In this document: piece after piece, positions 1-13,700 of the stretch | Numbering within the stretch: position 1 is the stretch's first letter | How the letters are laid out: every line of letters starts with the position of its first letter | NCBI RefSeq assembly: GCF_026571515.1 | Contig: NW_026862585.1 | Location: forward strand, 124,001 to 188,000 | DNA: 64,000 nucleotides | Direction: 5' to 3' | DNA from: Ruditapes philippinarum | Lineage: Eukaryota | Notes under the pieces: generated by a model | Seen by the model: only the letters and a program-made list of their open reading frames with translations | Database searches by the model: none | Told to the model about the DNA's origin: nothing | Program-made: the position numbers and the translations under genes

Positions 1-421
1 TGACCTTGAATGAGCAAGTGTGACCTTGACCCTGGAGGTAGGGGTCTGGTTGTTGCGCATGACACATCGTCTTATTATAGTAAACATTTGTGCCAAGTTA
101 TTTCAAATTCCTTTCATAAATGACAAAGTTATGGACCGGACACGAAAGTGTGACGGACGGACAGACGGACGTTCTCACAGGACGTGTTTGTGGGGTTATT
201 CCTTTGATCTCTTAACCCCACAAGAGCAAATTTTTTAACCCCATAAGAGCATTTTTAACCACATAATACATGTCTCTACGGAATGAACCCCATACAGAGT
301 GCCTGTACATAAACCTAAACCTCATAATGTAGCTCTCGTCTGCTCGGACAGACGGACGGACGGACAGACGGACGGAGCCTATTTCTATATCCCCCTTTTT
401 TCTTCGAAAAGGCGGGGGACA
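1..421 (-). mobile_element. Helitron/Helentron-associated non-autonomous (pearl/HINE-like) element, partial
   Basis: TGACCTTGAC core, (GACG/GACA)n microsatellite and terminal hairpin CCCCCTTTT..AAAAGGCGGGG; interrupted by a ~170-bp insert. Confidence 0.65.
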
Positions 422-1726
422 ATAAAAGTGACATAAAATTAAATCTTTTTTTTTTTAATTCTTTCAAAGCACTATTAACTAAATTTATCAGATTTCGATT
501 ATCACGGATTTTAATTGTAAAATAAAACACAAGCTACCATCGCCAAATTAACCATCTGCTATTTATATCGTCCGTGTTCGCTCTTTCTCTATAATTATTG
601 TGAGTATTTAGACTGTGCCATTGTATACACTCAAGTGTTGGGAGAATTTGTTCCTGACGTGTTAAGATATAGCCAATTCGGTGCAAGTCTATGGAAAAAC
701 AATAGGTTAGTCTGACCAGGATGCCATACCCTCGCGAAAACATATTTCAAATCATTCTGATACATATTAAAATTTTACAGGTCACAATCGGCTATTTATA
801 AATGAATGACATTACCTAACGTCAAGGAGGTGTAATGTCCAGAAACCGTTTGCATACATCCCTTTGTCCCTAAAATTAAAACATTCCGGCCAATTTTCCA
901 CATGTCTATGTGTATGTTTACATTTGTTTTCGGTCTCCCTAATTACCGACAAGAACCGCCAGGAACCGACAAGAACCGACAAGAAGTAAAAATGGGAAAA
1001 TACGAATTAATTTCACTTATTCATCATTTAATAATAACAATTCCTAATATTTTTTAACATAAAAAACATAATAAACTCGTTCTGAACCATGTTTATAGGC
1101 AAATTATGAAATATCTATACCGACAAGAAGTCAGTCTCATTTTCTCACCGTCAAGAACTCGGTCATCTTCGTATTATTGATATTACATAAAGAATTTGTG
1201 TATCAGTGTTAAATCCTAATTTATTTTTATTAAGTTTATGTTGTATTATGAATAATAATTATTATGTTAAATGTATTCTAATTCAATTAAGAATATCATC
1301 ATTAATGAATGACCTTATGATACCGACAAGAAAGTTTCATTATTGCTTTCAATGGCGTAGGTTTTTAAATGTGTTCAAATAATTTATTGTCAGCCTATAT
1401 TCAATAAATAATTTTAAAACATTTCGTTGTCATTGATTTCAAAATATCCTGCATATAATTTAGGCAATATGGGGGGTAATCCTCTTTGAAGTCATTTTGC
1501 AAAAAATTTGGTTGGCTACCACTATAACAGGACCATTTTTATGTGTCAGGCATTTCATTCTGCTAGAAAAATCACCTCTTTAGCATGAAAACTCAATTTT
1601 AAGGTAGGATTAGGGACCATTTCTTATAATGTAAGTCTATGGAAATATCAATGTGAGTGTCTGACCTGAAGAACAATAACTCTGCAGGGAATGGTGTACA
1701 CGCGGATGTAAACAAAATAGAAAAAA

Positions 1727-4700
1727 ATGGATTTCGAAGACTTAGGACTACACGACTGGTTATCCAATCAGTGTAAAACAATGGGACTTAAAAAACCTTC
1801 CGGAATCCAAGAAAATTGTATTCCTCACATATTGAAAGGTATGCATTAAAACAGTTATTTGTATAAATCATATGATTTCGCGACTTGTTTTTTTTTTTTT
1901 TGTTTTTTAATCGACTTTCTCACTGAGACGTTTGACGCCCAAGTTTTTCACTACATTGTGACATATTTATGTCAATCTGTTATTCAATAAATTTGCGTTA
2001 TTGGGCATGGCATAAAAGATTTGAAAGTGGCTAGCCGTACGGGCCCGTACTAAATATATCCCGGGACAACCAATATTCAATCAGTTAAGCTGTTGGAAGG
2101 GGAAATTATACTTTAAATTTATTTTAGCTATTAATGCATCTATTAACACTTATTCATTTTCAGGTTGGTACATTTTCAACAAGTCTTGATCTTTCTTAGA
2201 AATTCAATAAAAACAATATGACCCACTCGGGTTACTCCCTGGAATATTTTAACCCAAATTCAAACAGCAGGCTAATCACCATGGAAAATTTGTTAAAGAT
2301 AAATCAGGGCCACTAAAAATTGTATAAAACTTCACGATAGTCTATTCAACAATTTTCAACAGTTTTTTCAAGATTTTAAAAAAACTTACACTAAATGTTA
2401 TAACATATGTACAGCACAATGCATTGGTATGACTAGTGTTAATGTGTTTAAAAAGGCAGTTAAAGGTGTCACTTCTTAGTACACTATTTGGGGTGCAAAA
2501 TGATAAATGCATCCAATCTTTACAGCTATTTTACCTTCCCCATTTTAAAATATTAGCAAATATGGAAACTTGTCTAGATCTGCCGGCTGGTATCGCTTAC
2601 AAAACAATTATTCTACAATCATCACATGAAAAAATTTGATAACAATATAAGATTTTATTAATAAGGACCCCGTGTAAAGTCTGATGAATATTTAGTGGTA
2701 CATCATATAAATAAATGTTTTAAATACACCTAGGACTGAGGTACAAATGGTAAAACTCTTTAGCCAATACTTTATAAAAAATTAACTTGCTTAGAAAAAA
2801 TTTTACCACTATTTTAAACAAGTGACTATATTGATATAGTGAAAGTTGGACAATTTATATTGTGTCACTTAAAACAAACAGTTTCTTATTGTTTTTCTGA
2901 AAACATCTGACAATTAATCAAGTGTGGCATTTCTGCAAGTTTTGAAGTTAATACAACATGTGACTTTATGCAATTTAGTCAGGCATGACATCAGTGCCAC
3001 AGAATTAAGAATGTGTTTGAATTTAGGTTGTGATTGAAAATTGGTTGTTTCGGGATATATTAGATCTATATCATTTTTTTATTTTTTGTTTGAGATGAAG
3101 GTAATTGAATTAAAAGCATGTACTAACTATTAACACATGTTTAAAATGTAAAATACTACAGTTTACATGGTTTTGAGAGCTAGGAGGGTTGTAGAGTGGG
3201 TGAGGGGGAGTGGGGTTGGCCCGGGGGTAGTGACCAATCAACGCGCCGAACACCTATGATTGTGAGAGCCTTACCATAATTAACCATATTGAAACTATAC
3301 ATGTTAGCAGCATTACAATTTATGCATCACCGGAAGACGAAATTTTAACACACTAAAATTTGCATATGCAAGTTAAAAAGAGTAAAGAATTTGTCTTATA
3401 AATTTAGTTACAACAATCTTTCAATTGGCACAAGTACTGCATAAAGATCTGAGATTGTATGGGATTTCAGATTTCTGAAACTAATAATGGCACTAATATT
3501 ATATAAATATATATAAAAGGTAAAATAATATCAAGTAATTTTAGGCTATTTTTCTTTGTTTCAAAAATCATACATCGATTTCTTTCACAAAATGCTTTAA
3601 TGCCATCATACTGCCATTTTTCCAGGAAAATATGATGTCATACTGTACAACACAGTATGTTGTTCATTTTCTATCCCCAAAATTAGTGGTGCACCCTTAA
3701 CAGAAACACATTTGATAAATGTATCTCTAGATTTATTCCATTTACTCTTTATAGAACAATTCATTTGATAAGATCATGATGTCTTTGTATGACTGATTGC
3801 AGGTGAAGACTGTATTGGATGTGCTAAAACTGGAAGTGGTAAAACTGCAGCATTTGCTCTACCAATCTTACAGAAATTGTCAGAAGATCCATTTGGAATA
3901 TTTGCTCTTGTGCTTACACCAACTCGTGAACTGGCATTTCAGATTTCGGAGCAGTTTAATGTTCTAGGAAAACCAATTGGTGTGAGGGTATCTGTGATAA
4001 CAGGTGGTCTAGGTAACAGTATTTACTGTAGTTATAATAATAAAATAGATGTTTGTCCTGTTATAGCTTGGATTTAAAAATTATATACAATAAAGCCTTT
4101 CTTGCATATACAACTTGATTTTCTAGTGCTTGCAATAATGAAGGAAATGGTACAATTTTGCCACGATAATGAATATTTGTACATGTATGTCCTACTAAAA
4201 GAAAATACAGCTTGATCAAAGATGTTGCATTTTTACTCTATTATTAATACATGTAATTATGTGACATGGCCAGAAAAACAATCATTCGCTGGCTGCAGAT
4301 TCAGAACAGTATCTCCTGCTGTCTTTAATTCAGAAGAGCCTGGTAACATTAACCATTTAATTGGCCTTAAGTTGGATATTGTCTGTAAGCAGCTGTTGTC
4401 AATATAGCCTTAAGAGACTTAGATTTTGAAGTTGAAGTTTTCATTATCCTATAAGCATGATCTATCAAACTCTAAGGTCAGTAATTTTCTTTTATATTCT
4501 TTATTTTTAATGTCAAATTGAGATTGAATTTGATGCATATTTGACAAGAATATACCCCCCCCCCCCGCCCCCCAAAAAAAAAACACAAAAAAACAACAAC
4601 AAAAAAACAAACAAACAAAAAAAAACAACATTGGCATTGTCTGTGAATATGAAATATTTACACAAATCTCTATCAGACTTAGTACAATCAAGAGGATAAC

Positions 4701-7700
4701 AAATTTTGGCATTGTAGGATATATACAGGCACGTGGAATGTGATTTACCTGTAGGATATACGGCAGGTGGAATGTGATTTACCTGTAGAATATACAGCAG
4801 GTGGAATGTGATTTACCTGTAGAATATACGGCAGGTGGAATGTGATTACCTGTAGGATATACAGCAGGTGGAATGTGATTTACCTGTAGGATATACGGCA
4901 GGTGGAATGTGATTTACCTGTAGGATATACAGCAGGTGGAATGTGATTTACCTGTAGGATATACAGCAGGTGGAATGTGATTTACCTGTAGAATATACGG
5001 CAGGTGGAATGTGATTTACCTGTAGGCTATATGGCAGGTGGAATTAGATTTACCTGTAGGATATATGGCAGGTGGAATCTGATTAACTTGTCCAAAGCTA
5101 CAACCTAGGAAGAAGTAAGTTCGTCCAGCAATTATCATATTTGTAAAAGCTGCATTCTAAAAGTATAACTCATGTAATTGAAATGACTGAAATGCTATTT
5201 AGTTATTAAGTTTTAAATTTCAGATATGATGCAGCAAGGATTAGATTTGGCTGTGAAGCCACACATTGTTATATCTACACCAGGTCGGCTTGCTGACCAT
5301 CTTGAAAGCTGTGATACATTTAGTCTGAAAAAAATTAAATTTTTGGTATGTATCAATAATGTATAATTAGGCAAAATTTATTAATAGTTAAAATTCATAC
5401 TGTCTAGTAAGGTTTTAGATAACATGTCTGATTTCAATACCTCGCAAAATTTAAAATGTCCTAAAAAAATTCCTAATCTTATTAAAAGTCCATCCAAAAT
5501 TTTTGTACTAACAAACAAATCTTTGTTTGTTCTGAAGTTAATTGATTATACTCGATTAGTGGACACTATTATCTGTACCATTTCATTTTCAAATACATCT
5601 ATGTGATTTTTTTGTGTATGCCTTCCAATTAGATAGAGGATATGTTAAGCATATCAATATTAGTTTCTTGCCTTATTGGCATTTCTTACTATGATACATG
5701 TTAGAAAAGCTTGGGTATCAATATTTCTTAATTTATCTTACTATATACAGCCTTGTATATTTTGTGATGGTTGCAGGTTTTAGACGAGGCAGACAGATTA
5801 ATAGAAGATGACTATGGTGAACAATTAGAGACAATATTTAAAGTATTACCACGGAAACGTCAAACTTTGTTGTTCAGTGCCACAATGACAGACACATTAC
5901 AACAGCTCCAGGAAGTTGCTCTTAATAAACCTTTCTTCTGGCAACAACCTTCAGAGTAAGTGCTTGTTATCAAAAACTGCCAACTTACAAAATGTACATG
6001 TATCTTCAAACTTTTTGAAGCTGCAGACCTCAAAATAAGGAAACAAAAGTTAGAAAATAAATCTTCACAAAAAAGAATTGAGAGCTTGTACCTAAGAGAA
6101 TAAACTTTATACTAGAAATTTTGAATGTCACCATCTAAATGCTAATTACATGTAAAACTTAGTTAATTGAAACTGTGCTGTGAAAAGAATATAAATGTAG
6201 GACCATGCACTTGATAAACATACTTTGCCCTTTTCCAAACACCTTATGAATTGGTTGTTCATCTCTAAATTTTTCTGTAGCAGTAGTAAAATGATGTTTT
6301 ATTCTTCTTGATCCCCTTTCTGAGCATTGCTAAAGGTTTACGAAGACAATCAAAGTATGACTACCAAGGTATTTGTCAGAAATGACATGTTCGTACATGT
6401 AGTGAACTGTTTGTTTATTGTGTCGCCTCTACGGAGTAGTGGCGACATATAGGGATCACTTCCATGCGTCTGTCTGTCCGTCTGTCTGTCCGTCACAAAA
6501 CTTGTCCGGACTACTCCTCATAAACTACTGGTGCAATTTCATCCAAACTTTACAGGAATGATCAGTACCAAGTCTAGTTGTGCATATTGTCAGCATTTTC
6601 CGGTTCAATGATTTTTGGCAGAGTTATGGCCCTTTAATAATTTTTAATTTTAAAGTTTGTCCGGACTACTTCTCTTATACCACTAAAGCAATTTCAATGA
6701 AACTTTACAGGATTGATCTGTAGCTCAAGTCCTTGCGCATATTGCACGGGTTTTCCGGTTGAATGATTTTTGGCCGAGTTATGGCCCTTTGATAAAAAAG
6801 GTGAATTTTTCTGTGTGTTGCCAGATACACAAAAGCTTGTCCGGACTACTCCTCATAAACTACTGGTGCAATTTCATCTAAACTTTACAGGAATGACCAG
6901 TACCAAGGGTAGTTGTGCATATTATCAGCATTTTCCAGTTCAATGATTTTTAGCTCGACTTTTCTATGAAAAGGGGAGCTATCCTACTCGCCCCGGCGTC
7001 GGCGTTGGCGTCACACCTTGGTTAAGTTTTTCGTACCACCCCACTTTATTTCAGAAGTATTACAAGTATGGCTTTGAAACTTACCATACTTGTTCACCAT
7101 CATAACCTCCATCTACAGACAAGAGTACATAACTCTGTCAAGGTTTTTGACAGAATTATGGCCCTTTTTTGACTTAGAAAGTGTATTGAGCTTGGTTAAG
7201 TTTTTTGTACCACCTCACTTTATTTCAAAACCATTGGAGGTATTGCTTTGAAACTGACCATACTTGTTTACCATCACGACCTTCATCAACAGACAAGAGG
7301 ACATAACTCTGTCAAGGTTTTTGACAGAATTATGCCCCTTTTTGACTTAGAAAATACATTGAATATGGGTAAAATCCACTTATTGCCTTAACCCTTTGAG
7401 ATATTGCTTTGAAACTTTTAATGCTATTTCACATCATTACCCCCATCTGTACGCAAGAGAAGGTAACTCTGTCAAGGATTTGTTTTAAAAATTAAGGCCT
7501 TTTATCGACTTAGAATCTTGGTTAAGTTTTTAGTACCAGTCCACTTTTTGACTGAACTGTTTGAGATATTAATTTGAAAGTTGGAATACTTGTTTACAAT
7601 CATGATTCCCAAACATGTCCAGGAGAAGGTAATTCTGTCAAAGATTTTATTTGAATTATGGCCCTTAACTGTCAATGTTTTGTATTACTGCAAAAACTTT

Positions 7701-10700
7701 TTTTATTGGCAAGCAATAAAAAAGTCGAGCGCGCTGTCTTACGGACAGCTCTTGTTGTCAGAGTTATGGCCCTTTAATAATTTTTATTTTTAAAGTTTGT
7801 CCGGACTACATCTCTTATACCACTAAAGCAATTTCAATGAAACTTTACAGGATTGATCTGTAGCTCAAGTCCTTGTGCATATTGCACGGGTTTTCCGGTT
7901 GAATGATTTTTGGCCGAGTTATGGCCCTTTGATAAAAAGGTGTTTTTTCTGTGTGTTGCCAGATACGCAAAAGCTTGTCTGGACTACTCCTCATAAACTA
8001 CTGGTGCAATTTTATCCAAACTTTACAGGAATGATCAGTACCAAGTCTAGTTGTGCACTGTCCGTCTGTCTGTCCGTCTGTCACAAAATTTGTCCCAACA
8101 TGAAATTGGCCATCATGAGGCGACACATGTGATTACTGATCGCTCTTGTTATAAACCAATATTTTTTCACAGTATGGTTACAATCTACTAAGTATACTGT
8201 TACACTCTGACCCACACATCCCTCACTGCTACTCAGCATGCCCATTCACGCACTACAGTGCATAATTCACGCACAAAATTCTAGATGCACGCATAAAAAT
8301 TGTAAGTAGGGGGTACATGCACGCAAAGTGAAATCGTCGGAATGAATGTTTGGGATAGCCTAATTTGCATATCAACTAAATGTTGTTGCCATCTACCAAT
8401 GGTTAGGAACAGTCTAAACCCGGTCATAATTGCATGTCTGCTTTCAAAGTCATCTCAGTCTGATTCGGAAATATTTTAGTCATGTTTTGATGTCGCTGTT
8501 CTGTCTTAAGAAAAAAGTTTTGGATATTTACAACTTCCAAAAAGTATTTTGTGTTCTCTAATGATCAGCAAAAAGTTATTTACTTTATTTTTTAACAACT
8601 ACCTTCAATTGTGTCATATTGAGATTTTGAAATAAATGTACATAATTTCGGATATACAAAATTTTGTTTATGGGTAATAATCGTATGGACTTAACAAAAT
8701 ACCAATGATTGTAATGGCTGTTATATTGCTACCTTAAGTGATGGGTTTGTGTCTGTGTTAGTGGGTAGTAATACTTAGAGAAACAGCTGTTCATTAATAT
8801 CATGTTGACTAAAACGTTCTTACAAACAAAAACATGTTTAAACATATGACTATGTGTACCCCCAGATTTTGAAAACTACCCCCAATTTTCAATAACAGGG
8901 GGTTCAAGTACTCTTACGTTTGAAATTGAGTGGGCATGCTGGCTACTGTTTGAATTACTAAGCTTACAGTAGGACCAGTTTCAAAAGACATCTTTGTAAC
9001 AGAATGTTATATAATAGAACAATTTGACTGTATATTTTTGCCAAACATTTCACCAATATATTTCATAATGATATTGTGGTGATATGCCTAATAAATTCAT
9101 GTATTATCAGAATTGCGACAGTTGAGCAGTTAAAGCAGTATTATGTATTGATGTCAGCTGATGTAAAGGATGCCTACATGATGCACGTGTTAGACATGTA
9201 CTGTGAGGCCCACCCTAAATCTTCAATTATGATCTTCACATCAACATGCAAGTAAGTTTGATAAAGTTGTAGGTAATTTGTTTCACCAATATACTTTTTA
9301 TGAATTAACTTTTAAATTTGATAATGATCTATTATCGCAACTCAACCGTATTTACTTTCACCCGGATGTATAGCTTAAAAAGTGTTGAAATCGCATATAA
9401 GGCCACTCTTAAAAAATTATCTGTTTGCTATTGCCGGCCGACCTTGCGAAAAAGCCCCGACTCAAAAGTGTTTTTTTTTCAGCTTAAAAAAATCAGAATT
9501 TTTCTTATTTCCGCCAAATCAGCCAAGGCATTCGACCCAAAAAATGCCCTCGAAAACAAAAATAAATTCGGAGGAAAATCACACATTTAATATGTAAAGT
9601 AACGAGTGATCATTCACGAGGGCATTCTGTGCATAAATTAGGGTGTTACTATTTAAAGTATTTACATAAATAGCAACCAACCAGGAAAGGATATTTTCCT
9701 TAAGTCACGCAGTACTGCATGTGCGCGGCAATTAAGTTGAATTTACTAATAGTAGAACGTTTCAAATTAAGGTGTGGAAACTGGATTAAAAATAATGTTT
9801 GTTCAATTAATGAATATTTGTTAAGCATTTATATGGTCACTAGTTTACCATGTGGTAATTTTAATGTGCTTTGGGGTACATGTTTGTTTGTTTATGACTG
9901 CAGACACAGATTAAATACTTCGCCCAAGCAATAAAACATTTCTGGTAGCAGCGGGGATTCTGTCATAAAATTGACCGAAAAAATAAATTTTGGAAGCTGT
10001 AGTCCTTTCATATGCATTATTGTTTTGATAGCAGACACAAGTATTGCACAATATCTTCAAGATCATAAAAATGTAAATAAAATATCACAATCAAAATGCT
10101 TTTACGATTCGATTAATAATATGTCAATAATTGACACAATAAATATCCAACATTTTTTTTTACTTGAGCAATAATTAAACATGTGTAATCATTCCTTGAC
10201 AAAAAGAAATGACAGTTTTTTTTCTGATATATAAAAAAGACGTAGAAGTCAATTGAGTGTCGGCACTTCTTTGATGATTCGGCAACAACTACAGGTGTGT
10301 AAACATCAAAGATTCTTCAGAAGAGCCGACCAGTCATTTGTCAGAGGTCATTACGTGTGTAAATTTTGTATCTATCATTTAACAATGGAAACATTATATT
10401 CCTTTTATTTATGGATGCTACTTTTTGCGCGAGTGTTTATGTGTCTTTTAGCGTTATGGAATTTCAACAATCGGCGATAATTTTCGGTAACTAACAATTA
10501 AATATTTTAACATTTCTAAAACAGGGGTGCAAATATCTGCCATTCAGATATTATAGGAGACAAATCTTGGGTGTGTAATTTTTTACAGACGTGTGATTAA
10601 TTGAGTAATGATCAACCAAGAGAGTGAAATGTCCCGGTGATCCACTATAATTTTTCCAGGTCAACTGGAATATTTACGCAGGATTAGTTTATCACTTCGG

Positions 10701-13700
10701 TAATTTGACCATGCTTTAATTTATGTCCACATAGTCATTTTTTTATTTCATGTTATGATCCCTAGTGAACATGTTTTTGATTGTTTTTGACTGTCTTTTA
10801 CATGTCAGTTTTGTCGTCGCCGATGATGATAGTGTGTTCCAAATTTCCACAATCTGCTACAATGTACTAAGCGTATTAACTTACGTTTCGTAAAAATCAT
10901 ATATATAAAAAAAAAGAGAAAAAAAAAGTCCTCATAACTCTGGGTCGGCAATAGCAAACATATATATTATTAAGGATGGCCTAACATATGGTCATTGATG
11001 CTTGTGATTATATTTTTATATACAATTATGATTAGTTATCTAGACTCAACTAAGCACAAATTATTTTCACCCTGATAAAATATACATAATTATACAGTAA
11101 GATTTGTAAAATGTAAGGTATATTTTTACAATGAATTCCACAAATTTTCATGTTTGCAATTATCTTCTACTTTTCTATTGGCAATGGAGAGTGTATTGCG
11201 CTAAAATGTTCATGATGTTATTCTTGCACATTCAAATATGGATTAGCTTCAGTGAAATAATAATTTGATGGTAAAACGATAAAAAAAAATCACAGTCTAC
11301 TTTAAAGTATGCGGTAAAATATGACTGGAGTGCTCAAGGTCAAGTGGATAATGTAGCTGACTTTAAAGAACTTACCCCTCACCACTGTAGGTTTGAATCC
11401 CTCTTTCATTTATATGAGGAAGCTATCTAGCTTGCTTACAGAACATCCGTAATTCTACATGGGTGCTGAAATAATGCACAGAGGGAGGACACCTGAGGTC
11501 TTCCTCCACCAGTAAAGCTGGAAAATCACCATATGACCTTAGCTATGTTGGTGAAAAGTGACAATACCCCCAACCCCCAGAACAAAACTATGTTGGTGAG
11601 AAATGACAATACCCCCCATACCCCCAAAACAAACTATGTTGGCGAGAAATGACAATACCCCCCAACCCCAGAACAAAACTATGTTGGTGAGAAATGACAA
11701 TACCCCCCATACCCCAAAAAACAAAACTATGTTGGTGAGAAATGACAATACCCCCCCCCCCAAAACAAAATTATGTTGGTGAGAAATGACAATACCCCAA
11801 TACCCCAAAACAAAACTATGTTGGTGAGAAATGACAATACCCCCCATACCCCAAAAACAAAACTATTATGGTGAGAAATGACAATACCCCTCATACCCCA
11901 AAACAAAACTATGTTGGTGAGAAATGACAAAACTCCCATACCCCAAAACAAAACTATGTTGGTGAGAAAATGACAAAACCCCAAACCCCCAGAACAAAAC
12001 TATGTTGGTGAGAAATGACAATACCCCCAACCCCCAAAACAAAACTATGTTGGTGAGAAATGACAATACCCCAACCCCAAAACAAGACTATGTTGGTTAG
12101 AAATGACAATACCCCCCAACCCCCAGAACAAAACTATGTTGGTGAGAAATGACAATACCCCCTATCCCCCAAAACAAAACTATGTTGGTGAGAAATGACA
12201 ATACCCCCATACCCCCAAAACAAAACTATGTTGGTGAGAAATGACAATACCCCCATACCCAAAAATCAAAAAATGATCAATCTTGATATCATATAGATTT
12301 ATATTATAAGGTAAGTCTACTTTATTTTCCTGTTTCAGATATACACAGATACTGGGCATGATTTGTCAGGAGCTAGGGTTTGATTGTGTAGTTCTCCATT
12401 CTTTAATCAGACAGAAAGAACGTCTTGCAGCTTTAGCCAAGTTTAAATCAAACCAAGCAAAGATTCTTATTGCAACTGATGTTGCCTCCAGGTATTGTAC
12501 TTCACATGGTTTTTGTGTCACCTCTACAGAGTAGTGGCGACATATAGGGATCACTTCTCCGTCGTCCGTCCATCTGTCCGTCACAAAACTTGTCCGGACT
12601 ACTCCTCATAAATTTCTGGTGCAATTTCATCCAATCTTTACAGGAATGATCAGTACCAAGTCTAGTTGTGCATATTGTCAGCATTTTCAGGTTCAATGAT
12701 TTTTGTCAGAGTAATGGCCCTTTAATAATTTTTAATTTTAAAGTTTGTCCAGACTAGTTCTCTTATACCACTAATGCAATTTCAATGAAACTTTACAGGA
12801 TTGATCTGTAGCTCAAGTCCTTGCGCATATTGCACGGGTTTTCTGGTTGAATGATTTTTGGCCGAGTTATGGCCCTTTGATAAAAAGGTGTTTTTTTCTG
12901 TGTGTTGCCAGATACACAAAAGCTTGTCCGGACTACTCCTCATAAACTACTGGTGCAATTTCATCCACACTTTACAGGATGATCAGTACCAAGTCTAGTT
13001 GTGCATATTGTCAGCATTTTCCGGTTCAATGATTTTTGTCAGAGTTATGGCCCTTTAATAATTTTTATTTTTAAAGTTTGTCCGGACTACTTTTCTTATA
13101 CCACTAATGCAATTTCTAAGAAACTTTACAGGATTGATCTGTAGCTCAAGTCCTTGTGCATATTGCACAGGTTTTCCGGTTGAATGATTTTTATGCTCCC
13201 CGAAAAATTTCGGGGGAGCATATAGTCGGCGCCTTGTCCGTCTGTCCGTCCGTCCATCCGAGCAAACATTTGATTATAATGAGCTTCATTCCGTAGTTAA
13301 AGAAAGAACAAAAACTCATAAAATTCAAATTAAGAGCTATTTTTTTGTTTTTATGAGCTTATTTTGCTTATGGACGTTGGTCCAGGTGGTGTTTATGAGC
13401 TGATTTGCCTCACAAACATCAAAAGTTGGTACGTCCGTCCGTCTGTCCGTCCGTTGTCTTGTCCGGAGCATAACTTGAAAACCCTTGGAGATAATTTGTT
13501 GAAACTTCATACAGTGGTAGAGGGCATCGAGGGGGAGTGCAGTGTCAAAGAACCATAACTCTATTTTGCCCGGTTTTTGAATTATCTCCCCTTATAGAAA
13601 ATCTTGTCCGGGGCATAACTCTAAAACTATAACAGATATCAACATGAAACTTTGTAGGTGAATAGATCTCAATGGGTAGATGTGCAGTGCATAAGAACAA

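Noticed and set aside
534-743. 69-aa minus-strand ORF as the first exon of a gene divergent from DDX49
   Set aside because: No recognisable domain and no further exons in the window; cannot be supported.
11539-12265. CRISPR-like regular array and repetitive ORFs
   Set aside because: No unique spacers, no cas genes and an intronic eukaryotic context; the ORFs are translations of a minisatellite.
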